NCBI RefSeq assembly: GCF_018977255.1
Contig: NW_024704743.1
Span: 17,176,001-17,240,000, forward strand
Origin: Callorhinchus milii
Taxonomy: Eukaryota
DNA length: 64,000 nucleotides
Direction of reading: 5' to 3'
Numbering within the stretch: position 1 is the first letter of the stretch; the number at the start of each line of letters is the position of its first letter. The notes under the pieces are model-generated. The model saw nothing but the letters and a program-made list of their open reading frames with translations, was not told the origin of the DNA and made no database searches. This document shows positions 13,562 through 26,837 of this stretch, piece by piece. Made by a program: the position numbers and the translations under genes.

Positions 13562-14370
13562 TGCAACAACAACAAAGTTACATTTGTATAGCGCCTTTCA
13601 TGTTGGGAAGACGTCCTAAGGTGCTGGACAATCAGTGTTTCAGACCCGAGCTGGGGGTTGGGATCGGGGAGGGTGGAGGGCAGGCGGCGAAGGAGAGTGA
13701 CTAAAGGCACGTTCAAAAGGTAAGGTCTTCAGTTAGGTCTTGAAGGAGGCGGAGGGATTGCGGGATGGAGTTCCAGAGAGTGGGGGCAGAGTGGCTGAAG
13801 GCCCACTTGTCAATGGTGGGGAGGGCGGTGGGGGATGTGAAGCAGACCAGAGCCTGATGAGTGGATGGACCAGGCAGGTTGCTTCGGGGTTAGCAGGTCA
13901 TAGATGTAGTGGGGAGCAAGGCCATGGAGGACTTTGAAAGTGAGGACCAAGATCTTGAACTGAATCTTCTGTGCGATGGGAAGTCAGTAGAGTCGGATGA
14001 GAAGGGAGGTCACAGAGCCGGTGCGGGAGAGGACACAGGCTGCAGAGTTCTGGATGATCTGCAGCCTATGGAGGGAGGAGTTGGTGAGGCTGACAAACAG
14101 TGAGTTTGAGTAATTGAGCCTGTGTGTTATGAATGCATGTATGAGGGTCTCGGCAGCCTATAGTGTGAGTCAGTGGTGGAGCCGGGCGATGGTGCAGAGG
14201 TGGGGAAAGGCAGAACAGGTCACGGCACGGATGTGGGGTAATAATGACAGTTGAAGGTCGAACCTGACTCCAAGGTTCTGTATTGGTTCTGTGAGGTGTA
14301 GAGTGCATCTGTGGAGGGAGATGCTGTCAGCGCCTGAGGTATGGAGGCACTGACGGGAGCCAAGCAAGTT
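13562..14370 (-). mobile_element. L2 LINE 3' portion
   Basis: (caa)n tail at the left end; NLGVRFDLQLS motif. Confidence 0.85.
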
Positions 14371-14681
14371 GTTGTTGTACAGCCAGGTTATTAATATGAT
14401 GGGGGTAAGCATTATGATCTGAGGTGTAAATGACACATCAATGAAAATGTCACCATGTTGAGAGCTGAACACAAGAACTGAAGGGATCGCCCCTCCCACC
14501 TCCCAGCCCAGTGCAATGATTGAGCCTGAGGCCGGTCCTTCGATCCCTCTTGGATTACCAGTTTAGCTCTGATCAAAAAGATCAGAGCAAGATGTGGTTA
14601 CCATAAGAACCTAGATAATAATACATCGATTTCGTCAAATGTTTAGTCCATATTCTTTGTGTTTTTTACTCAGGCTTCAGA

Positions 14682-14798
14682 ATGGTAGCTAAGAAATTAA
14701 TCATAGCTATATCAGTTATGTTCTGCAGTTTGCTTATCATCATATCTGTTTCAATTGCCTTTGCAACCAAAAAGAAAATTCTGTCCTCAGGATTGAAG
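14682..14798 (+). CDS. ENTPD3-like: ENTPD3-like copy A, coding exon 1 (N-terminal TM helix)
   Basis: Acceptor AG at 14672-14673, strong Kozak context agaATGg, MVAKKLIIAISVMFCSLLIIISVSIAFATKKKILSSGLK, donor gtatgt at 14799. Confidence 0.85.
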
Positions 14799-17074
14799 GT
14801 ATGTTACTTATTACTGAAATCTACACATTTAATTTCTACATACGTTATATTAACAATTATGACGCCTCCCAACATGAAGGAAGCTATATAAATCTAATCT
14901 ATCGATGTGATGCCTCACTGCCTTGAGGAATGGGGATAACATTGTAGGAATAAAGAAACCAACTTCCAAAATGACCCATTTACTAAATAGAAAAATGCAT
15001 ATTTGACAACAGTACATAATTATTAAATACAAAATTCAGTAAAGGTAATATATGTGACAATTTGAGGAGTCCTGTCATGCCCGTGTGCAGACATAAGACA
15101 GAATTAAAAGGCAACATAAAGACACTGCTTTTTAACTCTTATTTCATGTTACAGCCATTAATGATAATAATCCTACCACGTAATATCGTGTCTTACGTTG
15201 GAAAGACATCTCAAATTTGTTATACAATAACAAATTGTATTTACATATAATGTAAATTTGATGGAGAACAGGAGATGATGAGATCACAGATGTGTTGACG
15301 AATGCAAGACAAAAAAAGACAATAGTGTGAGATGAAGTGCTGTTCCTCGAGCTTGCATTGTGCTTTGTTGGAACAATGTAGGAGACCCTGGACAAAGAGG
15401 TCAGAATGGGAAGGAGAATTAAAATGGCAAGTGACCGGAACCTCAGGGGTGCACTTGCTCGAGCAACAGCACCTCATCTATCTTCTTACAGGCACCTTAC
15501 AGCCCTCTGGCCTCAACATTGATTTTAACTACTTCAGACCTTAACCACGGCTCCCATCTTCTCTCAGCCTTGCCTCTTCTCTCCCTCTTCTATAACCATT
15601 CACACATCCTCTGGTTCGCAGACATATTTTTTCTTTCTCTCATCTCCCACTATTACCTTATTTTGTCTTGCACCATCAACACCTCTGTGATCTATTAATT
15701 TCCTGTCCTCAACCTTTTTTTTTCCTTTGACTTTCTTTCCCCGCCCACTTATAATAATAATAATAATAATCCTTGCATTTGATATAGCGCTTTTCACGTC
15801 GACTGTATATTTGTGGGCGAACGCGGCAGCCAATGGCGCACAGCAATGTCCCACAAACAGTCTTCTCTGTTTGTCCTTATAAACAGCTCCCTTCCAACAT
15901 TCCCCAGTTCTGAGGAAAGGTGCAGCCTGACCTGCTGAGTGTTCCCAGAGAGGTCTGTTTTTATTTCAGGGAGATATAGGCAGATTAGTTGATTGAGCAG
16001 AGAAATGGTAAGTAGAAATTGGCTGCCGCGTTCACCCACAAATATACAGTCAATTCACTTTACAGTGTGTTCTGTGAAGCACTTTGGGAGTCCTCCCGAC
16101 GTGAAAAGCGCTATATCAAATGCAAGGATTATTATTATTATTATTAAGTGAAATTTAATGCAGACCTTAAAAAGTTAGGTACAGGGGTATAGGGAAAGCC
16201 AAGGGGATTGGGACTGAAAGGATTGCTCTTGAGGGAACATGATAGTTTGAATGGTCTACTTCTGTGCCATAAATTTCTGTGGTGCTCTGGGATCTTTTTT
16301 TTGGTCAGCTGAAGAGTATCCAAATCAAACTGAGAATTCCATGCATCCCACGTCTACTTAACAGGCAGATGGGACCTCAGTTTAATCTGTCCTGAAGTAC
16401 ATCAGTGCACTGTAGTGCAGCACTGCACTGGAGTGTCGGCCGAGAATATGAATTCAAAATCCCTAAGTGGGGCTTGATTTGAATGTGAATAATTATCTAT
16501 TATTATTAATTGAAGGGATATTTAATTCAGTTTCACATTAAACGACAACATTAACAAGTTTCAGCAGTGTTACCCTAGGATTACATTGAAGTTGTAATTT
16601 GGGTATTTTGCAAATGGTTTGAAGAGTATTTTTCTGGCAATTGGGAAATTTGAAATAGTGTCAGTATCAGACATCATATCAAACAGTGTGATAGAAGTGC
16701 ACAGAGTGAACAAATAAGCATTAAGGTCTGAAATTCCGACTAGCTTCAGCTTGTAATAATGTAGTAATTTTTTTATAAATTTAAGATGGAGCTAAATTGT
16801 ACACAGAATGAGTCCCATAGTGTATTGGTTAGCAAGTGAGAGGACCTGGATTTGAATCCCGGGAGGGTGAAACTTTAGGCAAGTTTCTTTATTCCACACA
16901 GTCAATTCACTTTACAATATATTCTGTGAAGCACTTTGAGCCATCTAAACAACTTGATAAGGTGCTATATCAAATGCAAGGATTATTATTCTTATTTAGC
17001 ATGATGTTGAAATCTGTTTTAATGTTGAAGAAGTTAGCATAATTAATAAAAGCCATTATCTGTCTTCTTTACAG

Positions 17075-17192
17075 TATGGGATTATTCTTGATGCTGGATC
17101 CAGCAGGACAACTGCATTTGTTTACCAGTGGCCAGCAGAAAAGAAGCATAACACTGGTCTGGTGACTGAAAAATATCATTGTAGAATTGAAG
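17075..17192 (+). CDS. ENTPD3-like: ENTPD3-like copy A, exon 2 (ACR1)
   Basis: 118 nt, AG/GT bounded; YGIILDAGSSRTTAFVYQWPAEKKHNTGLVTEKYHCRIE. Confidence 0.95.
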
Positions 17193-17339
17193 GTAGAAAG
17201 CTCAAATGTTATTCTCTAAAATTTTAGTCTTCAGGCCACATATAGTACTCAGAATGTTCTGTTATATCTGCAGTTCAAATGTTGTGAACAAGGACCTATT
17301 CTCCCTTTGTCAGAAACTATACAGAGCGTTGGAACCTTG

Positions 17340-18330
17340 GTATAGTACTCTCATCAGTAAGTTTACCAAGCTTGGCGACGTAATCTTACACTGGAGTTTC
17401 ATTGTCTCCTCACATATAATAGCCCTGAATAGCTCAAGAGGCAAAGGTGGCAGTATATCCTTCCAATGTGAAAGTAGCTCTATTTTACCATATGGCTTTC
17501 CACAATCAGCTTGGGCAGTCACCTCATCAAAAAAGTCCATGAGGTTGGTCAAACACGACCTACGCTTTCTGAACCCACGTTCGCTGTCATATATTAGATT
17601 ATTTTATTCAACTAACCTTGCATTTCCATTGTGATGATTGACTACCTAATGTTTCTAATTATTGAGGTCAGGCTAATGGGTCCATAGATGCCAGCTATAG
17701 TTCTGTCAATTTTCTTGAAAATTGGAATAACGTTTGTTTGCTTCCAGGCTGTTGGAATGTCACCAATTGACTCCCTCATGTTGTCTGGTGTGACATTTGC
17801 GATCTTCCAATCCATGGGGACTGTTCCAGAATCCAAGGAATTTTGGAAGATCAGACATAAGGCCTCCACTATCTCATAAGCTACCTCTTTTAAAACCCTG
17901 GGATGCAAGTCACCTTGGACCATGGCATCTGTCACTTTTTAGTGCTTTTTAGTGCTAAGAGTTTCCCTAGCACCAATTCTCTACTAATGAAAATTTCCCT
18001 AAGTTGCTCCCTGTCCTTATCCCCTTGGTGCAACGGACACATTTTTTGCCTTGTCTCTACCTTGGGATACAATACATCCATCCCAGGGGAATTGCTTGAG
18101 TTTCAAGGCCCTTTAACCTTTTTGGAACTTTAGTCTTATTTATGTTAACATCCTGGAACTCAAACAATATTTGCTGGATGTTAGCGGCATGGTTTATTGT
18201 CCTCCCTGGTAAAAAACCTCCTGGAAGTTGTCATTTAATACTTTGCCACCTCCTGTTTATTCCATTGTTCAACCTTCTTTGAATCCCTTAGACTTTTAAT
18301 GTCTTCCCTGAATACCCTTTTAGTGTTTAG
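17340..18330 (-). mobile_element. CR1 LINE fragments in intron 2 of copy A
   Basis: TNLMDFFDEVT, HPRVLKE, DWKIANVTP and GPISLTS motifs. Confidence 0.8.
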
Positions 18331-18858
18331 TCCCAGAGCCTTGGGACGTCCTCCCGATGTGAAAGGTACTATACAAATGTAATTTGTTGTTATAATGATT
18401 TATCTAGCTATTCATATACCAAGCTGACTAAAAACACACTTTTTTAAAAAAATTAGTATTACATTGTTGATAAATATGGTCGAGGCAGTTTATGACTAAA
18501 GACTGCTTTACAGTTATGATCACCATCATACATACACACACCTAACTCTATGCTCTGGTCCAAAGCCAACTGCAGCCATTGTCTTTTGTCTTGTAGAGCA
18601 ACTGGAATGTCAGTTTAATTAAAATTTTCGTCTTCTTTAGCCTCTTGTAAGATAATCAGCAGAGGTAAGCATCTCCAAGAGCTAACAGAGAAGGAAACAT
18701 CTGCCAGTCACTCTAGCTACAACATCATATATCTGTTTCAGATGTCGTTATTATGTTGTTTTTTTAATCATTTTCCTCCTGTTAAGTTTCATTATTCATC
18801 ATCATTTTTTCATCCATCAATTGACTGACATCATTTGTCTTCCCTTCTCTACCTGCAG

Positions 18859-19009
18859 GACCCGGCATCGCAACTTACAAAGAAAACCCTAAACAAGCAG
18901 CTATTGCAATCCTTGACTGCCTGAATCGCACATTAAAAATAATCCCAAAAGAGCGATATAGCACAACGCAAGTCTGTTTGGCAGCTACAGCAGGAATGCG
19001 ACTACTAGA
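18859..19009 (+). CDS. ENTPD3-like: ENTPD3-like copy A, exon 3 (ACR2)
   Basis: 151 nt; GPGIATYKENPKQAAIAILDCLNRTLKIIPKERYSTTQVCLAATAGMRLL; donor gtaaga. Confidence 0.95.
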
Positions 19010-19069
19010 GTAAGATTAGGGGTTATTGATGTTTACATTTACACATTGCAACAATATACAGCAGCCTCA

Positions 19070-19380
19070 CTGGGGTAGCTGATAGAGCTACACCTTATCG
19101 GTCGGGAGCTCACTGGTTCAAATCCCTAAATTTGCTGGTGTCTGATGAGGCTGCATGGGGAGACGAAACTGGTTGCTGAACATCCCAGGGTTACACAGCG
19201 GAAAATCAGCCAGGTTCCTGATTCTGGTCTATCTTCAACACCCTAAATAAATCTCTAAGGCTCTGTTTGTCACAGCCAGGTGAGGAGAAGTCAGGCTTAG
19301 CTCCAATGCCCTTGACAGTCTGCCGACATTCACTACCAAAGCTGACGCATGAACCATGATCACTTAGTTAGATATGGTAA
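19070..19380 (+). mobile_element. Old tRNA-derived SINE of a different family
   Basis: B-box-like ggttcaaatccc followed by ggaaaatcagccaggttcctg core, resembling common shark SINEs (from memory). Confidence 0.45.
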
Positions 19381-20815
19381 TGAGAAAAAAATTAGAAAAA
19401 AAATTGAACATACTAACATTTAAAAATAAAGTTAAAAATAAAATGTACAGCATATAATAATCTTTGCATTTGATATAGCGCCTTATCATGTTGCTGAGAC
19501 TTCTTAAAGCGCTTCAGAGGATGTAGAACCATAGAAATTTACAGCACAGAAGAAGGCCTTTCCAACCTCAAGCAATCCTTTCAGTCTTATTTTTCAGTGT
19601 GACCTTTCCCCGTATCCTGTAGCTGACTCTTTTTAGTGTATTTGTCTAGTTCCCTCTTGAAGGCCAATATGCATTCTGCCTCAACCTCCACCATTGACAG
19701 GTCATTCCATTCCTGACTAATCTATCTATGAAAACAATTCTCCTAATCTCTCCCATTTGCTTGTTTTCTAACTATCCTAAATTGATGCTCTCTAGGTACT
19801 GATAATACAGTACTGTAATGTGGTGTGATTTTGTGTTTTGTGTATGAACTGCGCAGCCAATGTGCCCACAGTAATGTACCACAAACAGTGATAGAGTGCA
19901 TGACCAATTTTGTTTGGGCGATTGTTGTCCAAACTCTTTTTCTCTTTTCAAATAGTGACATGGGTTCTTTAAAGTTCTCCTGAACAGGCAGACAGGCCAT
20001 GGTTTAATCCAAAGGATGGCACCTCCAACAATTTAGCACAACCCCAGCACTGCATTGGAATGTCAGTCGAGACATTATGAGCTCTAAGTCCTGACTGGGT
20101 CTTGAACACAAAGCAGGAACTTGCATTTATATTGTGCTTTTCACATAAATTAAAATGGAATAGAAATGAAATGGATATTATACAGGCAAATATGGCAGTT
20201 AATATGACCTAGCAATGTCCAATGAACAATAAACAATAATGAGGTGAATAGCTAATTAATTTGAATTTGGGGGACAAACTTATTATTACAGAATAAATCG
20301 TAAATAATTTTACGTTGTCTTTAAAAATCTACTTTTGAAATGTCCTCCTGACATGGAAGGTGCTGTATAATATTATGTGTAAATTGCATTGCGTTTTCTC
20401 AAATGAGAGCTGAGATGGGACTCCTCATCTCCCATGAATATTCAAGCACTTGCTGGAGTTCAAGAGGACTGCTTCAGTCTAAAACTGCTCTGTGTAGCTA
20501 GCTGGCTTTATCGTAGCCTCTGTCTATACATATTCATTTATTTACCAAGGGTTGGGCAATAAATGTTGGCTTTGCCAGTGTTACCCACAAGCCGAGAAGA
20601 GTTTAAAAAAAAGTCTGATTAATTGATTGTGTCCTTAGAAAATCCCTGAATCCGAGATACAGTATGTAGTTTGGGGACACAACATGTCAAGCGACTGCTA
20701 GGATGGTAGAAAGATGAACTAGATGGACCTTGGTCTTCTTTCGCCTAGCAAATTCTTATGTAAACCGAGGCTAAAGACGTGATGTTGTTGTCTTATCTCT
20801 TCCTGGAATTGTCAG

Positions 20816-20975
20816 ACTGCAGGATAAACCCGCAGCACAGAGAATACTTTCAGAAATCGAAGCTTTATTCAAAACGTTACCATTTAATTTTGGACGTGTT
20901 CATATTCTTACTGGGAGAGAAGAAGCAATTTACGCTTGGATCTCAGCAAACTATTTAAAGGGCAATTTAGTAAAG
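20816..20975 (+). CDS. ENTPD3-like: ENTPD3-like copy A, exon 4 (ACR3)
   Basis: 160 nt; LQDKPAAQRILSEIEALFKTLPFNFGRVHILTGREEAIYAWISANYLKGNLVK; donor gtaagt. Confidence 0.95.
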
Positions 20976-21147
20976 GTAAGTCAAAAGTTATATTTCCTGA
21001 AGATTAAAAATTTCAGCTGAACTACATTACCACTTTTTCTCTGCTGGAGTCTGTATATTCTTTTAATTTTAGAATAAAGTTGAGAATATCAGTACCAGTA
21101 AGAAATATTCTGGTATTAACCTTTGTACCAGGTACCTAATATTAACC

Positions 21148-21631
21148 CTCTCCCGCACCAGGCTCCATCACCCCGAACCTCGCCCGACTCCACTGGCTTC
21201 CCATCACACAGATCAGTTCAAGATCATGGTCCTCACCTTCGAAGACCTCCATGGCCTTGCTCCCCCCTACCTCTGTGATCTCCAAACCCCCTACCAACCT
21301 GCTCACTCACTCTGCTCAGAGGGCTCTGGCCTGCTTCATGTCCCCGCCTCGCCCGCCCCACCATTGCCGGGCGAGCCTTCAGCCACTCTGCCTCCACTCT
21401 CTGTATCTCCATACTGCAGTCCATTTACTTTGTACCCTCCCTTGCCTCCTTCAAAACCCATCTCAAGATCCTCCTCTTCAACTTTGCCTTCGATCACCCT
21501 CCTTTCCCCCCACGCCCCTTCCTCCATCCTCCTGATCCCCCAGCTCAGGTCCGAAGCACTGACTGTCCAGGGCCTTGGGACATCCTCCCGACGTGAAAGG
21601 CACTATACAAATATAATTTTATTGTTGTTGT
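21148..21631 (+). mobile_element. L2 LINE 3' end
   Basis: ctccactggcttcccatc...ttcaagatc...cttgggacatcctcccgacgtgaaagg...(ttg)n. Confidence 0.88.
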
Positions 21632-22611
21632 AAGTGCTGCTCCACTGATCCACCAAAGCACTCTCTGCTCTTCACCAGAACGGCTGCCTGCAATGTTTTA
21701 ATAGTATGCAAGTTTTAAGAGAATGCGCATATTGTAAACTATTTGAGAACAATGTGAATGCTGCATTCATACTGTAGATTTTAGAATTAATCATGGTGGT
21801 CCAACAATACAGCAAGGGAAGGTCAAGGTCCCTTGAGTTCTTACATACTGACGATGACAATGCAGGGTGGATGTTCTCCACTGAGTCAAAGACCAGTACT
21901 AACTCCGTACAAATCAAAGCTGTACTACTGTGAAATATTTACACACCACTGCATGTTTGTGGCACACACAATGCTTAAAATGATCCTGGTCCTAACCACC
22001 CTTCCTCGTAACCCATCTCAATCTTGCTCTGTGTAAAGATGTCTATCCTGAAATTTAATTTTTGCAATGCATTAGATCTAAATTGCATAATTTGGCTTAC
22101 GCCCCCCCCCCCCCCCCCCGCAGTCCCTTGAAGCTCTTGGGCCATTTGTCCAATAAACCAGAACTTTTTTTAACTGTTTTATTTTTAATTTTCCAAATAT
22201 CAGAAACAATGCCCCAAACAGGGAGAGGAGGCTAAGTTATGAAACTAGAATATTTGTAAAGTCAGCAGCTAAAGCCACATATTATTTGTTAAAATATCAT
22301 CTAATAAAATTTAATTATCAGTATACTAAAAACAGGTAACAACATATTATGGTCTTTAGAGGCTCAGAGGAAATAAAGACTGATGTATCCGCCATGCTTT
22401 TGAGGTGAATTAATATAAAACGGTCCACTCTTTACCTGAAGGGCTGAGCTCCAATAGGCCAATCAACCCTTTCAAGGACAAAAGACCTCCAGAGATAAGA
22501 TAAAAAGTCTTAATTTTAATTGTGAACAAGAAAATATATTTTTATATTTTCATGTTTATGTCATGTGCTGATGGAAGTTAATTTTATTTTCCCCACCATT
22601 TTCTTTGGCAG

Positions 22612-22839
22612 AGAAATAATAAGCAATATAGACATCCTTTTATTGTCAGAACTTCGGGTGCATTGGACTTAGGTGGAGCTTCTACACAAATAGCCTTTAC
22701 TCCCAGAAGGATTTTAAATAAACTTGCTACCCCAGCCAAAGTTATGTTGTATGGGCACAAATATGTGATCTACACTCAAAGCTTTGAATGTTATGGAAAG
22801 GATGAAGCTGAGAGGAGATACCTGGTGAATATTTATCAG
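22612..22839 (+). CDS. ENTPD3-like: ENTPD3-like copy A, exon 5 (ACR4)
   Basis: 228 nt; RNNKQYRHPFIVRTSGALDLGGASTQIAF...LYGHKYVIYTQSFECYGKDEAERRYLVNIYQ. Confidence 0.95.
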
Positions 22840-23443
22840 GTATTTATCTTCAGAGAAACAGAAATGTCCTTGTCAGTTTTGTAAATGTCATTTATACTGA
22901 GCTTGATAGGTTCTGGGCTGGAGTTTCCTGATGTATATGGATGGATATACACGTAATGAGAAAGGTACTATTTCCCAATATTTGCAGATAACAAAGGGTT
23001 ACCATACACTGTTCACTGGCTGTACTGACATTTTTGCTGGAGGCTTACATTGGAATTTATGTGCTACAATTAATAATATTTTTGCATTTGATTATGGGCT
23101 CTATCATGTCGAAACATATCAAAGCACTTCATCCAGTTTTCTTTTGCAAACTGTAGTGGTTGTGTAATTTGAACACAAATACGGAAGTCAATTTGTGCAG
23201 TGATTGCTCACAAACATCCATGACCAATTTTAGCCAGGCTACAACTAACCTCTAAACAACTAAACTAATGCACAGTAAACCTAAATTCAATCCATTTTCT
23301 GATTGTAGGATTTTGAATATTTTATATTACTGTATTTTGGTTCATATGTTCTTGTTATTCACATCTGCTAATTCTGCACCAATGACGATAACTTTTATTC
23401 CTTATATTCTTTTTCACCCAATCTTGTGTTTTTTTCAACTAAG

Positions 23444-23716
23444 GCTTCAGAAAGCAAGTGGCCTTATCAAAGTCCTTGTTGGCCCTCTGGGTACAATGAG
23501 ACAGTTTCTATGAAAGATCTATTTGGAAGTTTATGCACTGCATCGAAAAAGCCAGCAAATTACAAGCCTGATGATGAGATAACATTCACTGGAACTGGAA
23601 ATCCTGCTAAGTGCCAGGAGTTAGTGTATTTATTGTTTGATTTTAAAGCCTGCGCTGGTAAGCACTATTGCTCATTCAGTGGAATCTATCAACCAACAGT
23701 CCGTGGAAAATTTATG
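23444..23716 (+). CDS. ENTPD3-like: ENTPD3-like copy A, exon 6
   Basis: 273 nt; ASESKWPYQSPCWPSGYNET...SLCT...GTGNPAKCQ...FDFKACAGKHYCSFSGIYQPTVRGKFM. Confidence 0.95.
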
Positions 23717-23819
23717 GTAAATTGCATATGTTTGAAAATCTGAATTTGCTCTATCTGCATGTTGCATTATGAGATTTATTTTGTCAAATTATTGTGTTTT
23801 TTTCATCCAAACAATCCAG

Positions 23820-23930
23820 GCCTTTTCTGCTTTCTATTACACCAAAAGAGCTTTGAAGTTGCCGACTTCATTTACATTGACCACCTTCACTGAGACACTT
23901 TGGTCTTTTTGTACCAAAAGCTGGGCTGAG
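23820..23930 (+). CDS. ENTPD3-like: ENTPD3-like copy A, exon 7
   Basis: 111 nt; AFSAFYYTKRALKLPTSFTLTTFTETLWSFCTKSWAE; donor gtaagc. Confidence 0.95.
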
Positions 23931-24029
23931 GTAAGCAGCATTACTGGGAATTGTACTCCTAAGTGTGTATTAGGACGTGGAATGCAATGAGTCAATATTG
24001 AAATTAAATGAATGAAGTAATATTCTATA

Positions 24030-24855
24030 CGCTCCCTCTTGGGGGATGTCATCCGCAGACATGGGGTACACTTCCACATGTATGCGGACGACACCCAACT
24101 CTATTTTTCCACCTCACTTTGCGACCCCAAGTCCTCTGATGTTCTGTCAGCTGCCTGTCAGACCACAGGAGCTGGATGAGCGCAAATTTCCTTCAGCTGA
24201 ACGTTGGCAAGACAGAAGCCATACTCTTAGGCTCTTCTCAACGTCTAAAATCTCACGGTTCTCACCTCCTCCACCTACCCGACCTCCCGCTAAAACTCTC
24301 CGAACTCGTATGCAACCTAGGCGTCAGGTTCGACCCCCAATTATCCTTCCTCCCCCACATCCGGTCCCTCACTAGCACTGCTTTCTTCCACCTCCGACGC
24401 ATCGCCCGTCTCCGTCAATACCTCTCTCCGAAAACCGCTGAAACCCTGGTCCATGCCTTTGTCACCTCTTGGCTGGACTATTCTAACACCCTCCTCGCCG
24501 GCCTCCCATTCACTATCATCCATAAAATCCAGATTATTTAAAACTCTGCCATCCACATTCTCACCCGCACAAAACTCCGCTCTCCGTTTACCCCAGTCCT
24601 CGCCAGACTGCACTGGCTGCCTGTCCCAGAGAGGATCGACTTCAAGATCCTCACCCTTGTCTTCAAATCCCTCCACTCCTCTGCAACCCCCAATCTCTCT
24701 GACCTCCTCTCTCCACAAAACAGTGCCTGTTGCCTTTGTTCCTCCGAGTCTGGCCTCCTCCTTTCATTATGCCATTATGCCCCAAGGCTCTGGAACTCCC
24801 TTCCTCACTCCCTTCACCTCGCCCCCTCTCTTCCTACTTTCAGGTCTCTGCTGAA
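24030..24855 (+). mobile_element. L2 LINE RT C-terminal fragment
   Basis: YADDTQLY; NFLQLNVGKTE; FFHLRRIARLR. Confidence 0.9.
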
Positions 24856-25087
24856 AGGCTTGACATTCTACCTAATGTGAGATCGTGAGACCATTTTGTC
24901 TTAACATTTAAGTTTGCACAAAATTGGGGGAAATTATTCAATTCATTCTTAAATTGGAAGGCAGTTTTCTGCAGTAGTTAAAATGAACCAGTTGCTAAAT
25001 TAAGATTGGATATCAAACTTTTTTAATTTTTTGCATCATCCTAAATATTAAGACAAAATGGTCTTGCAGACTAAGACTAGGTAAAAT

Positions 25088-25450
25088 TGTGTGTCAGGCT
25101 GGTTCAGTTGGTGGCCCTCTCACCTCTGAGTCAGAGGTTATGGGCTTGAACCCCATGTCGGGACTTGAAACTCGAATAGTCTAAGATAACATTCCAATGC
25201 AGTGCAGGGGAAGCATTACATTTTTGAAGGTGCCTTTGGATGAGACTTTAAACCAAGGCTTGTCTGCCTGTTCAGGTAGACATTAAAGATCCTATGGCAC
25301 TATTCAAACAAAGAAGGGAGTTTCTCCCATTGTCCTAGTCAATAATCTCCCAAACAAAATTGGTCACTTACTCCATATTCAAACAAAGAAGGGAGTTTCT
25401 CCCATTGTCCTAGTCAATAATCTCCCAAACAAAATTGGTCACTTACTCCA
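25088..25450 (+). mobile_element. Deu-domain SINE (SacSINE1/LmeSINE1-like) with an internal 75-bp tandem duplication
   Basis: ctctgagtcagaggtt head; gatgagactttaaaccaagg...aaagatcctatggcactattc Deu-like core. Confidence 0.7.
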
Positions 25451-25459
25451 CTGTACAAA

Positions 25460-26283
25460 AAATAATAATAATAATCCTTGCATTTGGTATAGCGATTTAC
25501 GTCTTCGAGACAACTCAAAGTGCTCTACAGCATACACTGAGATTGACTGGATATTTTGTGGGCGAAACGCAGCAGCGAATTGCATACCAGTGTCCCACAA
25601 AATAGTCGAGGATTGATTGACCAAATTCTTCTTATTTATTTATTCGCCCACAAATTTATGGTCAATTCACTTTACAGTCTATTCTGTGAAGCGCTTTGAG
25701 GCGTCGAGAAAACGTGAAAAGCGCTATATCAAATGCAAGGATTATTAGGATTATTAGAACTCGTGGAGTCGTGTAGCTCAGTGGTTAGAGCACTCGCTTT
25801 GCAAGTGAGAGACCTGAGTTCAATTCCAGGCAGAGGGCGAAACCTTGGGCAAGTTTCCTTACTCCACACGCCTAATAATAATCCCTCGAAAACCAAAAAC
25901 AATAATAAATTGGTCATTTTCAATCTACGACTGTTTGTGGGACATTGCTGTGTGCAATTGGCTGCCGCGTTCACCCACAAATATACAGTCAATTCACTTT
26001 ACAGTGTGTTCTGTGAAGCGCTTTGGGACGTCCTCCCGATGTGAAAAGCGCTATATCAAATGCAAGGATTATTATTATTATTATTGTTATTTATTTAGAA
26101 AGAATTATTACCCACGGGAAAGCAATCTTACAATCGACTAACAACCGGGTTCCTACTTAGTGCTAGGTAAACAGGCATGTGGAGTAAGGAAACTTTCCCA
26201 ACGTTCTGCCTTGCCCAGGAATCGAACCCAGGTCTTCTCGCTTGCGAGGCGAGTGCTCTAATCACTAAACTACTGGACTCTAC
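25460..26283. mobile_element. Cluster of tRNA-derived SINEs in both orientations (full-length + copy at 25765-26085)
   Basis: Same family as 8819-9134; minus-strand copies at ~25460-25640 and ~26105-26283. Confidence 0.85.
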
Positions 26284-26655
26284 ATATGTGAGGGTATTCT
26301 TTAGCATTGTTATTAATCTGACCTGGGAATGCTCAGCTATGTGCCTATTACCACCGTGACAATAAATAATGAATGCAATATCAATAAAGATGGCTATCAG
26401 CATATATACAACTTACATTTATATGACTGTGGGATGTCGTTATGTGCATTAGGCTTGCCCACAAAACACACAGTCATTACACTTTACAGTATATCATTGA
26501 AGCGCTTTGAGACATCTCAACTGCATGATGAGACTCTTTTTCAAATGCAAGGATTATTATTATATAACATCTTTAACACAAAAGAAACATCTAAAAATGA
26601 TTTACAGTAGCATTGCTAAATGAGACAAACTAATGAGTTATTACCTGTATTATAG

Positions 26656-26793
26656 CTGAAAGTGATGTTGCCAAAAGATAAAGATCGTTACCGCAAAGGA
26701 TACTGTTTCAGTGGTAACTACATGCGCACACTGCTAATATCCGGGTACAAGTTTAAACCAGCATCCTGGAAACGCATAAGTTTTAATAAAAAA
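26656..26793 (+). CDS. ENTPD3-like: ENTPD3-like copy A, exon 8
   Basis: 138 nt; LKVMLPKDKDRYRKGYCFSGNYMRTLLISGYKFKPASWKRISFNKK; donor gtaagt. Confidence 0.93.
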
Positions 26794-26837
26794 GTAAGTT
26801 TATTTAAAAAAATATTTTAAAGCTGCTCTTTTTGAAC

